Of a DNA stretch of 64,000 bases, positions 1-10,565 are shown one piece after another. The notes beneath the pieces were generated by a model, which saw only the letters and a program-made list of their open reading frames with translations, was not told the origin of the DNA and did no database searches. This DNA is from TPA_inf: Saccharomyces (lineage: Eukaryota): assembly GCA_000146045.2 (NCBI GenBank), contig BK006941.2, positions 672,001-736,000 of the forward strand, written 5' to 3'. Made by a program: the position numbers and the translations under genes. The stretch's first letter is position 1. Each line of letters starts with the position of its first letter.

Positions 1-185
1 AGAGACCTAGCAACTCAGAGGTGATGAATTAAAAGAAAAACCGGGTAAAGTTCTTCGAGAGACCGCGCTGAAAAAATTTTTTTAGAAGAGTCACCCATAC
101 AGCCTACTGGTGTTCTCTGTGTGTGCTACCACTGGCTGTCATCGTTGTTGTATGTCCTTCAGATTTATGGAATTACTTAGATGGT

Positions 186-3100
186 ATGAATAAGTGGTTA
201 AACACATTATCTAAGACATTCACTTTTCGGCTTTTGAACTGTCATTATAGGCGATCATTACCACTTTGTCAAAACTTTTCTCTGAAGAAGTCGTTAACTC
301 ATAATCAAGTCAGGTTCTTTAAAATGAGCGATCTTGATAATTTGCCTCCAGTTGACCCAAAGACTGGTGAGGTCATCATTAATCCGTTAAAGGAAGATGG
401 CTCTCCAAAGACTCCTAAGGAAATTGAAAAAGAGAAGAAAAAGGCTGAAAAACTGTTAAAGTTCGCTGCCAAACAAGCTAAAAAAAATGCTGCTGCCACC
501 ACAGGTGCATCTCAAAAGAAACCTAAGAAAAAGAAGGAAGTTGAGCCAATCCCTGAATTTATTGACAAAACTGTTCCAGGTGAGAAAAAAATCTTAGTAT
601 CCTTGGATGATCCGGCTTTAAAAGCTTATAACCCTGCTAACGTTGAAAGTTCTTGGTATGACTGGTGGATCAAGACTGGTGTTTTTGAACCTGAGTTTAC
701 CGCTGATGGTAAGGTTAAACCAGAAGGTGTATTTTGCATTCCAGCACCTCCACCAAACGTCACTGGTGCCTTACATATTGGTCATGCTTTGACTATTGCT
801 ATCCAAGATTCTTTGATCAGATATAACAGAATGAAAGGTAAAACTGTCTTATTCTTGCCAGGTTTCGACCATGCTGGTATTGCTACTCAGTCCGTTGTGG
901 AGAAGCAAATCTGGGCTAAGGACAGAAAGACTAGACATGACTATGGAAGAGAAGCTTTTGTTGGTAAGGTCTGGGAATGGAAAGAGGAATACCATAGCAG
1001 AATTAAGAACCAAATTCAAAAATTGGGGGCTTCTTATGATTGGAGCCGCGAAGCTTTCACTTTGAGTCCAGAATTGACCAAGTCTGTTGAAGAAGCTTTT
1101 GTTAGACTACATGATGAAGGTGTTATTTATCGTGCGTCCAGATTAGTTAATTGGTCTGTTAAATTGAATACCGCTATCTCTAATTTGGAAGTCGAAAATA
1201 AGGACGTTAAAAGTAGAACGCTTTTATCAGTCCCAGGCTATGATGAAAAGGTTGAATTTGGTGTTTTAACATCATTTGCTTATCCAGTTATCGGTAGCGA
1301 TGAAAAACTGATCATTGCTACAACTAGACCTGAAACTATATTTGGTGATACTGCCGTTGCAGTTCATCCTGATGATGACCGTTACAAACACTTGCATGGT
1401 AAGTTCATCCAACATCCTTTCTTACCAAGAAAAATTCCAATTATCACCGACAAGGAAGCTGTTGACATGGAATTCGGTACTGGTGCCGTTAAGATCACTC
1501 CAGCCCATGACCAAAACGATTACAATACCGGTAAGCGTCACAATTTGGAATTCATCAATATTTTGACTGACGATGGTTTATTAAACGAGGAGTGTGGTCC
1601 AGAGTGGCAAGGCATGAAGAGGTTTGATGCCAGAAAGAAGGTCATTGAGCAGCTGAAGGAAAAGAACCTATACGTTGGCCAAGAAGATAATGAAATGACC
1701 ATTCCAACTTGTTCCAGATCTGGTGACATTATTGAACCTTTATTGAAACCTCAATGGTGGGTTTCTCAAAGTGAAATGGCCAAAGATGCTATTAAGGTTG
1801 TTAGGGATGGTCAAATTACCATCACCCCCAAATCTTCTGAGGCTGAATATTTCCATTGGTTGGGTAACATCCAAGATTGGTGTATTTCCAGACAATTATG
1901 GTGGGGTCATCGTTGTCCAGTTTACTTTATTAATATCGAAGGCGAAGAACACGATAGAATTGATGGTGACTATTGGGTTGCTGGTAGGAGCATGGAGGAA
2001 GCTGAAAAGAAGGCTGCTGCCAAATACCCTAATTCCAAATTTACTCTGGAACAAGATGAAGATGTTTTAGACACCTGGTTCTCGTCCGGTTTGTGGCCTT
2101 TCTCCACTTTGGGTTGGCCAGAGAAGACTAAAGACATGGAAACTTTTTACCCCTTTTCTATGTTGGAAACTGGTTGGGATATTCTTTTCTTCTGGGTTAC
2201 TAGAATGATTCTATTGGGCTTAAAATTGACCGGTTCAGTTCCATTCAAGGAAGTTTTCTGCCACTCTTTAGTCCGTGACGCTCAAGGTCGTAAGATGTCT
2301 AAATCTTTAGGTAATGTTATTGACCCACTAGACGTTATTACTGGTATTAAGTTGGATGATTTGCATGCAAAATTATTACAAGGTAACTTAGATCCAAGAG
2401 AAGTTGAAAAAGCTAAGATCGGTCAAAAGGAATCCTACCCTAACGGTATTCCTCAATGTGGTACCGATGCTATGAGGTTTGCATTATGTGCTTATACCAC
2501 TGGTGGTCGTGATATTAACTTAGATATCTTACGTGTCGAAGGTTACAGAAAGTTCTGTAACAAAATCTACCAAGCTACCAAGTTTGCATTGATGAGACTC
2601 GGTGACGATTATCAACCACCTGCCACTGAAGGTCTATCAGGTAACGAATCCTTGGTTGAAAAATGGATCTTGCACAAGCTGACTGAAACCTCGAAAATTG
2701 TCAATGAAGCTCTAGATAAACGTGACTTCTTGACGTCCACTAGCAGTATTTACGAATTCTGGTATTTGATTTGTGATGTTTACATCGAGAACTCTAAATA
2801 CTTGATTCAAGAAGGCTCTGCTATTGAAAAGAAGTCCGCAAAGGATACATTGTATATCTTGCTGGACAACGCTTTGAAATTAATCCATCCATTCATGCCA
2901 TTCATTTCTGAAGAAATGTGGCAAAGACTTCCAAAGCGTTCCACTGAGAAGGCTGCCTCAATTGTAAAAGCTTCTTATCCAGTTTACGTATCTGAGTACG
3001 ATGATGTCAAATCGGCCAATGCTTACGACTTGGTCTTGAACATTACCAAAGAAGCTCGTTCCTTGTTATCTGAGTACAATATTTTGAAGAATGGTAAGGT

Positions 3101-3500
3101 TTTCGTTGAATCTAACCACGAGGAATACTTCAAAACTGCTGAAGATCAGAAAGATTCTATTGTCTCGTTGATCAAGGCCATCGACGAAGTCACTGTTGTT
3201 CGTGATGCTTCCGAAATTCCAGAAGGTTGCGTATTGCAATCTGTTAACCCAGAAGTCAATGTACATCTTCTCGTCAAGGGACACGTTGATATTGATGCTG
3301 AAATTGCGAAAGTTCAAAAGAAACTTGAAAAGGCTAAAAAATCCAAGAACGGTATTGAACAAACCATTAACAGTAAGGATTACGAAACAAAGGCTAATAC
3401 ACAGGCCAAGGAAGCCAATAAAAGCAAGCTGGATAACACTGTTGCCGAAATCGAAGGTTTGGAAGCTACTATTGAAAACTTGAAGCGTTTGAAATTGTAG
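186..3500 (+). CDS. VAS1: Valyl-tRNA synthetase, mitochondrial and cytoplasmic forms from one gene
   Basis: The 1104-aa ORF has the class I aaRS HIGH motif (PNVTGALHIGH), a KMSKS motif and a C-terminal coiled-coil. The track ORF starts at 123. The first ATG consistent with the known 1104-aa protein is at 186 (MNKWLNTL...). A second in-frame ATG at 324 (MSDLDNLPP) corresponds to the cytosolic isoform. Confidence 0.93.
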   Translation: MNKWLNTLSKTFTFRLLNCHYRRSLPLCQNFSLKKSLTHNQVRFFKMSDLDNLPPVDPKTGEVIINPLKEDGSPKTPKEIEKEKKKAEKLLKFAAKQAKKNAAATTGASQKKPKKKKEVEPIPEFIDKTVPGEKKILVSLDDPALKAYNPANVESSWYDWWIKTGVFEPEFTADGKVKPEGVFCIPAPPPNVTGALHIGHALTIAIQDSLIRYNRMKGKTVLFLPGFDHAGIATQSVVEKQIWAKDRKTRHDYGREAFVGKVWEWKEEYHSRIKNQIQKLGASYDWSREAFTLSPELTKSVEEAFVRLHDEGVIYRASRLVNWSVKLNTAISNLEVENKDVKSRTLLSVPGYDEKVEFGVLTSFAYPVIGSDEKLIIATTRPETIFGDTAVAVHPDDDRYKHLHGKFIQHPFLPRKIPIITDKEAVDMEFGTGAVKITPAHDQNDYNTGKRHNLEFINILTDDGLLNEECGPEWQGMKRFDARKKVIEQLKEKNLYVGQEDNEMTIPTCSRSGDIIEPLLKPQWWVSQSEMAKDAIKVVRDGQITITPKSSEAEYFHWLGNIQDWCISRQLWWGHRCPVYFINIEGEEHDRIDGDYWVAGRSMEEAEKKAAAKYPNSKFTLEQDEDVLDTWFSSGLWPFSTLGWPEKTKDMETFYPFSMLETGWDILFFWVTRMILLGLKLTGSVPFKEVFCHSLVRDAQGRKMSKSLGNVIDPLDVITGIKLDDLHAKLLQGNLDPREVEKAKIGQKESYPNGIPQCGTDAMRFALCAYTTGGRDINLDILRVEGYRKFCNKIYQATKFALMRLGDDYQPPATEGLSGNESLVEKWILHKLTETSKIVNEALDKRDFLTSTSSIYEFWYLICDVYIENSKYLIQEGSAIEKKSAKDTLYILLDNALKLIHPFMPFISEEMWQRLPKRSTEKAASIVKASYPVYVSEYDDVKSANAYDLVLNITKEARSLLSEYNILKNGKVFVESNHEEYFKTAEDQKDSIVSLIKAIDEVTVVRDASEIPEGCVLQSVNPEVNVHLLVKGHVDIDAEIAKVQKKLEKAKKSKNGIEQTINSKDYETKANTQAKEANKSKLDNTVAEIEGLEATIENLKRLKL

Positions 3501-3670
3501 ATTGAAGGTAGATAAAAATTAATGTAATATATATATATATATATGCTATGTATATGTAACAACGAAAATGTTAAGAATTTTAGAACATTGAATAATAACT
3601 ATTTCCAAATATAAGAGGTAGTCTCCGGCATACGACATAGCATGTTGTGGTATATTATAATCTATAATGG

Positions 3671-4342
3671 CTATACAACTAGACGAGGTGATATATTGTC
3701 CTGTATTATTCTTCTTATATTTGTGACAAGTTCTTGACACTTTTGCTCACCCAGCTCCAGTAAACTGAACAATTGATCTTCATTAAAATCACCATTGCTG
3801 TCTAACAATAAAACGTTTTTCACGACTTTACCGCCATTGACGAACTCCAGAGCTAAAGTGTGGACAGAGAGCGAAATCTTCAATTGCTCGGCAGTGGGAT
3901 CGACAATGATATCACTAGTGTCTTTGATTATTGCAATAGGGATGCTTGCGCACATACTATTTAAGGCAATTCCTGCATCAACTAAAGCCAAAAATGCCGC
4001 ATTTATACAACAACTTAGCTCTCTCAGGGAGAATTCGGCTTCATCTTCACCAGATTCCAGAATTTGACAAGTTATCTGGCAGAGCTGTCTTGGGTAACAA
4101 TGACGAGTGATGAGTGGGGTCAGAACTGCCCGTAATTTATCTTCGAGTACCTTCTCTCTTGTTGTGGCCACCCCTTTCGCGGGACGTACAATAATTTCTA
4201 ATGCTAATTGTGTAGGCAGTTCTTGTCTTGCTTTTGGTTCAATAGGGCCTGTTACAGAACAAATAACCTTGGTGTCTTGTGATACGAATTCAGATGAACC
4301 ATCTACATGATCTAATATCCCTATTTCTGCTTGGACGCTCAT
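3671..4342 (-). CDS. RRP46: Exosome non-catalytic core subunit (RNase PH-like)
   Basis: Minus-strand ORF. When trimmed to the internal Met (MSVQAEIGILDHVDGSSEF...) it gives 223 aa, the expected RRP46 length. The track ORF is extended upstream to 4441. Confidence 0.85.
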   Translation of the reverse strand: MSVQAEIGILDHVDGSSEFVSQDTKVICSVTGPIEPKARQELPTQLALEIIVRPAKGVATTREKVLEDKLRAVLTPLITRHCYPRQLCQITCQILESGEDEAEFSLRELSCCINAAFLALVDAGIALNSMCASIPIAIIKDTSDIIVDPTAEQLKISLSVHTLALEFVNGGKVVKNVLLLDSNGDFNEDQLFSLLELGEQKCQELVTNIRRIIQDNISPRLVV

Positions 4343-4620
4343 TTTTTTTTTTTTTTCAGCAGAATCTAATCTATTCTTGGTATTGGGCTCCTTGTTATTA
4401 CCATATATGCAGAGATATTTTATGCATCTTAACTGGTTCATCTAACAAATTTTCCACTCTTTTTTCCACAATCCGATGCGCTTAAAAGGAAAAAAAAAGT
4501 AGTAAAAAGAAAAAGAGAGGTACATAATAGTCTTTATGAAGAAAAGGCGCTATTTTGTCACCTTTAACTTGGCATAGTCTGGAGCTTTATATAAACCATT
4601 CAAAGTACATAAATGTTGAT

Positions 4621-5565
4621 ATGTTCAAAGAGGAGGACTCGTTAAGAAAAGGGCAAAATGTGGCCGCGTGGAAAACTTTGTTGGCTGGCGCCGTATCCGG
4701 GCTGCTTGCCCGTAGCATAACTGCTCCCATGGATACCATTAAGATCAGATTGCAATTGACCCCTGCAAATGGGCTGAAGCCCTTCGGAAGTCAGGTCATG
4801 GAGGTGGCCAGAAGCATGATAAAGAACGAAGGCATCCGGTCCTTTTGGAAGGGTAACATACCCGGTTCTTTGCTGTACGTTACCTATGGCTCAGCGCAGT
4901 TTAGTTCATACTCCCTTTTTAATAGATATTTAACTCCATTTGGACTAGAGGCGCGCTTACATAGTCTTGTTGTCGGAGCCTTTGCTGGCATAACCAGTTC
5001 CATCGTTTCCTACCCGTTCGATGTTTTACGGACCCGACTAGTTGCCAACAACCAGATGCACTCAATGAGCATCACGAGAGAAGTGCGTGATATCTGGAAA
5101 CTAGAAGGTCTCCCCGGATTTTTCAAGGGCTCCATCGCGTCAATGACAACCATAACTCTAACCGCATCTATAATGTTCGGAACATACGAAACAATCAGGA
5201 TATACTGTGACGAAAACGAAAAAACGACCGCCGCGCATAAAAAATGGGAACTGGCTACTTTAAATCACAGCGCTGGTACCATTGGCGGCGTCATTGCTAA
5301 GATCATTACTTTCCCCCTCGAAACGATCCGTAGGCGAATGCAGTTCATGAATTCGAAGCATCTGGAAAAGTTCTCCCGTCATTCGTCTGTATACGGTTCT
5401 TATAAAGGGTACGGATTCGCAAGAATCGGTTTACAGATTTTGAAACAAGAAGGTGTGAGTTCGCTTTACAGAGGTATTCTGGTGGCCCTTTCCAAGACAA
5501 TACCCACCACTTTTGTGAGTTTCTGGGGGTATGAAACTGCCATCCATTATTTGCGGATGTACTAA
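4621..5565 (+). CDS. TPC1: Mitochondrial thiamine pyrophosphate carrier (mitochondrial carrier family)
   Basis: The protein has three mitochondrial-carrier repeats (PMDTIKIRLQ, PFDVLRTRL, PLETIRRRMQ). Trimming to the Met at 4621 (MFKEEDSLRKGQ) gives 314 aa. Confidence 0.85.
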   Translation: MFKEEDSLRKGQNVAAWKTLLAGAVSGLLARSITAPMDTIKIRLQLTPANGLKPFGSQVMEVARSMIKNEGIRSFWKGNIPGSLLYVTYGSAQFSSYSLFNRYLTPFGLEARLHSLVVGAFAGITSSIVSYPFDVLRTRLVANNQMHSMSITREVRDIWKLEGLPGFFKGSIASMTTITLTASIMFGTYETIRIYCDENEKTTAAHKKWELATLNHSAGTIGGVIAKIITFPLETIRRRMQFMNSKHLEKFSRHSSVYGSYKGYGFARIGLQILKQEGVSSLYRGILVALSKTIPTTFVSFWGYETAIHYLRMY

Positions 5566-6694
5566 AGTTTCCAATCTTTTTTGTCACATGTACACACTCA
5601 TATACATATACGAAATCATCATATCTTATATTCTTCACTGACAAAGATCGGTAGCCGCCCGGTTTTCCATTCCGATTACGGCCTGACTCAGTCGCGCCGT
5701 CTTCCTCTAATAACAAAAAATCGAAAAAAAAAGAGGAATCTCGTTGCTAGCGATCTGACGCCAACCCTTTTTCCGGTTTTTCTTAGTTGCCTGCTGCCCC
5801 GCACCGGTTTTTCTTCTTTTTTTTATCTTTTTTTCCGCTCAGTCAGCGGGGAAGGGAGAGAAGGAAACAATGAATCGGATCTTCCGATGGAACCAGCGTC
5901 AGGGACCACTACATCTGCTTGTTGTTTCAACACAACTTACATCTGCGCAAGCACACGGACTAGGAGTAACAAGAAGTAGTAAAATTGAAGAAAGCAAGGA
6001 CTGCTGCAATCTCTGCACCCTTGTGGTAGCCACCCTTCTTAGATGTGGCATACTTACACTTTTTTTTTTCTTTTTTTTTTTTTTTTTTCGCCTTTTCTCA
6101 TTTCTTGGCTCCTTAATAGCCAAGAAATGAGAAACGTGGGAGATGTTCAACCTCGCCTGATCCTACCAAAAAAAAAAATCGCAAAAATAAGCGGGAAAAA
6201 ATGTCAGATTCTAAGTTTCAAACCTCCGGAGATGATTCATCATCACCATCACCGCCGATTTGTTGGATTGCGTGTTTACGATCCATCATTTTTCTTGTAA
6301 GCGTTTAGCTTTCTGTCATCTCTTTATCTTTTTTCCTATTTTTTTTTTTCACTAGTTTTTGCACTGAATAACACCTCCCCTTACTCATAAATGTGCTAGC
6401 TGAATCCATATTTCCTAGTCTTGCATTCCCTTTCCCTTCAAACAGCGCTGCCCTTCTTCATCTTCATTGTCGAAAATAACCATTCTTCTCCTATCTTGAA
6501 ATCTAAAAATAACGCTACTACAGAAAGCTTTTTTCACAGGAACTAGGGCGAAGCGTACAAGAATAAGGAAAGACAGCGTAGTTACAAACTAAACTATCTA
6601 TACTATAACGACCGAAAATTTCTGTTTTTTAACACCTCTTCTACCAAACACAACGAGAGTGCATTAGAAATAGGACAAAACTGGGCTCAAACTA

Positions 6695-9600
6695 ATGTCT
6701 GATTACTTTAGTTCCAGACCTTCGCAAACGCTCACGCCGATGGGCAATAAGCCATCTGGCGGTGGTGGCGGCGATGACGCCTCCTCCATCCACTCGAAGA
6801 GCTCGCAGTACTTGATGGACATCTTACCTGATTCGATGACCTTGAACGAAAGTGTTTCCTCCATAGTGGCAAACAATCAGGCAAAGGAGTTTATTTTGCC
6901 TGAAACAGATGAGAGATCTCCCTACTTCATAAACGTCCCTATACCAAAGGCTCAGCCAACCTCTACTACGGAAACGAAGAAGCCCCTTGCAGGTGATGAA
7001 GCTATCGATGGGCAGTTTGTTAAGGAGTATCCCACCGACATCCTTGTAGACAGGTTTTATAAATGGAAAAAAATTCTGAAAGGGTTAGTGATTTACTTGA
7101 GGGAAGTCGCGTATGCGCAAGAACAGTTCGCACGGATCAATTACCAACTGAAAGGATCTGTGAAATTTCCATTTTTGACTGATATTGATGAAACCACAAA
7201 TACCATTACGGATCCATTCACAACGGCTCCTAGAGGCCCTAAGAAAGCGCAGCCTGCGCAGAAGAAAGTTGGCCTGACTGACAGCGAACAATTTCAGATG
7301 CAAATGCAACAGGAACAGCAGGAAAATGCAGTGCAGGCTCCCACAGATGAAAGTAAAATGAGTTTGGCGCCTCATGAATACAAGCCTGTCCAGACCACAG
7401 AGTCGGACAATACATCTGCCGCATCCGGTTTTGTTAAGTTCGGTTCAGGCTCGATTCAAGACATCCAGGTCATTTTGAAGAAGTACCATCTTTCGTTGGC
7501 TAACCAGCAATTTAAGATCTCTAAAGAGATTACGTCCACCGTCATTCCTAAATTGGAGGAATTGAGAAAAGATTTAAGATATAAAATTACGGAAATTAAG
7601 GACCTTCATGGTGATTTCAAAACAAACATCGGAGCACATATTCAGCTAACAAGTCAACTATTGAAAAAATACATCGCAGCTGTAAAATTCATGAACGCGC
7701 ATGGTATTGGCAACGATAGAGCATCTCCTACTAATAAGAAGCCACATAAATTGGATCCAAAACATGATCCATATCTTTTGAAACTGCAACTAGACTTACA
7801 ACTCAAACGTCAAGTTGCCGAAGAAACTTACTTGCAAGAAGCGTTCATCAATTTACAGAGTTCAGGTTTGCAATTAGAAAAAATTATATACACCAAAATC
7901 CAGCATGCTTTGTTGCGTTATTCTGCTTTAATTGACTCCGAAGCTCGTCTAATGATCAAAAATATGTGCCAAGAACTACAACATGGTATAATATCAAAGC
8001 CTCCTGCATTTGAATGGGATAATTTTGTCACACAGCATCCGTCCTGTCTACTCAATTGGAAATCCAACGATCCTATACCACCACCAAGAAAAGTTTCCGA
8101 CGTTATTTATCCCCACATGAAATCCCCACTGGCCAAGTGTATTAAGGCAGGTTATTTTTTGAAGAAATCGGAATTGTTGCCCACTTACCACCAAGGATAT
8201 TTTGTTCTAACATCAAACTATATTCATGAATTCCAGAGTAGCGATTTTTATAACCTATCTTCTTCTACCCCTAACTCCACGAAGTCTTCAGCTTATTCTT
8301 CTTCCGTTTCCATTGCAGACACTTATGCCAATGCTAATAATGCCAAAGCTAACAATCATCATCGCCAGGCTAGTGATGTACATAACAGCAGTACGACAAC
8401 TGGTGGTACAGCTGGTGCAAATGGTATTCGCGGTATTCGCAAAAAGAGCTATTTGGCACCGATTATGAGTATTCCGCTAAATGATTGTACCTTAAAGGAT
8501 GCATCTTCCACCAAATTTGTTCTTGTAGGTAAACCCACTCTTAATGAAAACGCTGATGTTAGAAAATCTAGCTCTAGCACTTATTTATCTGGCTCTTCAC
8601 AAGCGTCTTTACCAAAATATGGCCACGAGACTGCAAAAATATTTTCAAAAGCCCCATTCCACAAGTTTTTGAAGGGAAGTAAGCCCAAAAATAAGAATAC
8701 GAAATCAAGTGAACTGGACCAATTTTACGCTGCAGCTCAAAAGGAATCGAACAATTATGTGACTTGGACCTTTAAAATAGTATCTCCAGAGCCTTCTGAA
8801 GAGGAATTGAAACATTTTAAACGTTGGGTCCAAGATTTGAAAAATTTAACGAGCTTCAATGACACTAAAGATAGAATTAAGTTTATCGAAGACCGTGTGA
8901 TGAAATCACACCGATTCAAGGCGGGACATATGTCAAGAAACAGCGTGAACATAGGTTCCCATACACCTTGTTTAACAGATAGCACATTCACATTACAAGA
9001 CGGTACTACGACGTCCGTCAACCTAAAGGGCAGGGCGGAGAAACCTCAGTATATTCATATTCAGAACAATTCACTAGCAGATTTTGATGGAAATGGTTTT
9101 AGATCCAAGGTTAATACACCTGCTATTGACGATTATGGCAATTTGATTACGGTGGAAAGAAGACCTGCACAATCTCCGCACCAATACTCTGACTACATGG
9201 CCACTTCAGGTAACACAACTCCTTCTTATTCATCGGGCTCAAGACCTCAAAGCATGTATAATGGGTATAACCCGGCTGTATCAATAACGAGTAATGGGAT
9301 GATGCTCCAACAATCAACAGCAAATAATAATACTAATCCAACAACTAATTTGCGCCACCAAAGAAATATTTCACAAACAAGTTCCCTACCTGGATTTTCA
9401 TACACATCCCTATCCCTACCAGTGAATTCTCCAGGTAGCTCTAATTCAGAATCCAGCTCAGGCGGTTATTTTGCCATTCCGCTTCATGGGAACAACAACA
9501 ATAATAATTACACCCAGAGAAACTCTGAAGGCTCTAGCCCATGTTATAATGACGACCAAATACGACAACAACAGCAACCTTTACAAATGCAACCTTTATC

Positions 9601-10135
9601 AAGAACTTCAAGTTCAAGTGTTAATGTCACAGCGATGAGAAGTACATCTGCAGGTAATTCAATTACAGCGAACGCTCCCGTTGTACCTAAGGTGATGGTC
9701 AATAACCAAAATGTTAAAACTGTTGCTGCCGATCAGTCTGCTACAGCACCTTCTTCACCTACCATGAATTCGTCCGTCACAACGATCAACCGCGAATCAC
9801 CATACCAAACCTTAAAGAAAACGAACAGCACAGGCAATGTTCCTTGTTTGACTGCTGAAAAGACTCATGCGCACCCTGCTTTCTATAAACGGGGCAATAA
9901 TAGCGCCCAAAATTTGACTACCTCTAGTTCAACAGCTTCTAGGGTGCATCCTATCCGAAAGCACAAGAAAAACGTATCATTTAGTTCTTTGAATAGTTTA
10001 ATGTTTTCAAAAAAGGGTGCAAATCACGGTGGTAATCTAATGACTAACCAATTTATGAGTGGTGGAATTCAAGAAGATGATGGTGATTCAACTAATAATG
10101 ATACTATAAAGCTAAACCAGTCGATTTATTCTTAA
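6695..10135 (+). CDS. ASK10: Stress/glycerol-channel regulator paralog (RGC1 paralog), Asn/Ser/Gln-rich low-complexity C-terminal half
   Basis: The ORF is 1146 aa. Its position after TPC1 and its length match YGR097W. It has long N/Q/S-rich tracts. Confidence 0.8.
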   Translation: MSDYFSSRPSQTLTPMGNKPSGGGGGDDASSIHSKSSQYLMDILPDSMTLNESVSSIVANNQAKEFILPETDERSPYFINVPIPKAQPTSTTETKKPLAGDEAIDGQFVKEYPTDILVDRFYKWKKILKGLVIYLREVAYAQEQFARINYQLKGSVKFPFLTDIDETTNTITDPFTTAPRGPKKAQPAQKKVGLTDSEQFQMQMQQEQQENAVQAPTDESKMSLAPHEYKPVQTTESDNTSAASGFVKFGSGSIQDIQVILKKYHLSLANQQFKISKEITSTVIPKLEELRKDLRYKITEIKDLHGDFKTNIGAHIQLTSQLLKKYIAAVKFMNAHGIGNDRASPTNKKPHKLDPKHDPYLLKLQLDLQLKRQVAEETYLQEAFINLQSSGLQLEKIIYTKIQHALLRYSALIDSEARLMIKNMCQELQHGIISKPPAFEWDNFVTQHPSCLLNWKSNDPIPPPRKVSDVIYPHMKSPLAKCIKAGYFLKKSELLPTYHQGYFVLTSNYIHEFQSSDFYNLSSSTPNSTKSSAYSSSVSIADTYANANNAKANNHHRQASDVHNSSTTTGGTAGANGIRGIRKKSYLAPIMSIPLNDCTLKDASSTKFVLVGKPTLNENADVRKSSSSTYLSGSSQASLPKYGHETAKIFSKAPFHKFLKGSKPKNKNTKSSELDQFYAAAQKESNNYVTWTFKIVSPEPSEEELKHFKRWVQDLKNLTSFNDTKDRIKFIEDRVMKSHRFKAGHMSRNSVNIGSHTPCLTDSTFTLQDGTTTSVNLKGRAEKPQYIHIQNNSLADFDGNGFRSKVNTPAIDDYGNLITVERRPAQSPHQYSDYMATSGNTTPSYSSGSRPQSMYNGYNPAVSITSNGMMLQQSTANNNTNPTTNLRHQRNISQTSSLPGFSYTSLSLPVNSPGSSNSESSSGGYFAIPLHGNNNNNNYTQRNSEGSSPCYNDDQIRQQQQPLQMQPLSRTSSSSVNVTAMRSTSAGNSITANAPVVPKVMVNNQNVKTVAADQSATAPSSPTMNSSVTTINRESPYQTLKKTNSTGNVPCLTAEKTHAHPAFYKRGNNSAQNLTTSSSTASRVHPIRKHKKNVSFSSLNSLMFSKKGANHGGNLMTNQFMSGGIQEDDGDSTNNDTIKLNQSIYS

Positions 10136-10565
10136 TTGTTACGCCTTAACTTTTGTTCTCTTTTGAGAAACAGCCTGTATGGTTCGCCGTTTATTTTCTA
10201 AGCACCGTTTTTTATTCATATTTTTATAATGCAACTCCTATAGAATATAGATGTTTCGTGTTTTTAATTCCTGCTATGACTTTGTGTCAATGGTATGTGA
10301 ACTAACAACTGTGTGGTAGTTTGGGATGGTACGTAAAGGTGTTCGTGATTATATAAGCAATCTTAAAATATTTGTATCGCACCATGAGGTGCCCAATAAT
10401 GAAATGAAAATTACTATTATGAACTATACTAAAAAGATGAAACTTTTTTATCAATCCCAGGTTCTTTTACTTATTATTTTTGGATATAAGAACAAAATCG
10501 GATTTCCCATGCTTTTTCTCAATGCCTATATGAAATCTTTTCGAAACAGCCAGTACATGTAACAA

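Noticed and set aside
123-185. N-terminal extension of the VAS1 ORF (MLPLAVIVVVCPSDLWNYLDG)
   Set aside because: The known protein length (1104 aa) is reached from the ATG at 186. The upstream in-frame ATG is most likely in the 5' leader.
5345-5979. ORFs 5345-5716(-) and 5581-5979(+) at the TPC1 3' end and in the ASK10 upstream region
   Set aside because: They overlap the TPC1 coding end or homopolymer-rich intergenic DNA. No domain is recognisable and the composition is skewed.
7085-7424. Minus-strand ORFs within ASK10
   Set aside because: They are antisense to a verified long ORF, short and without features.
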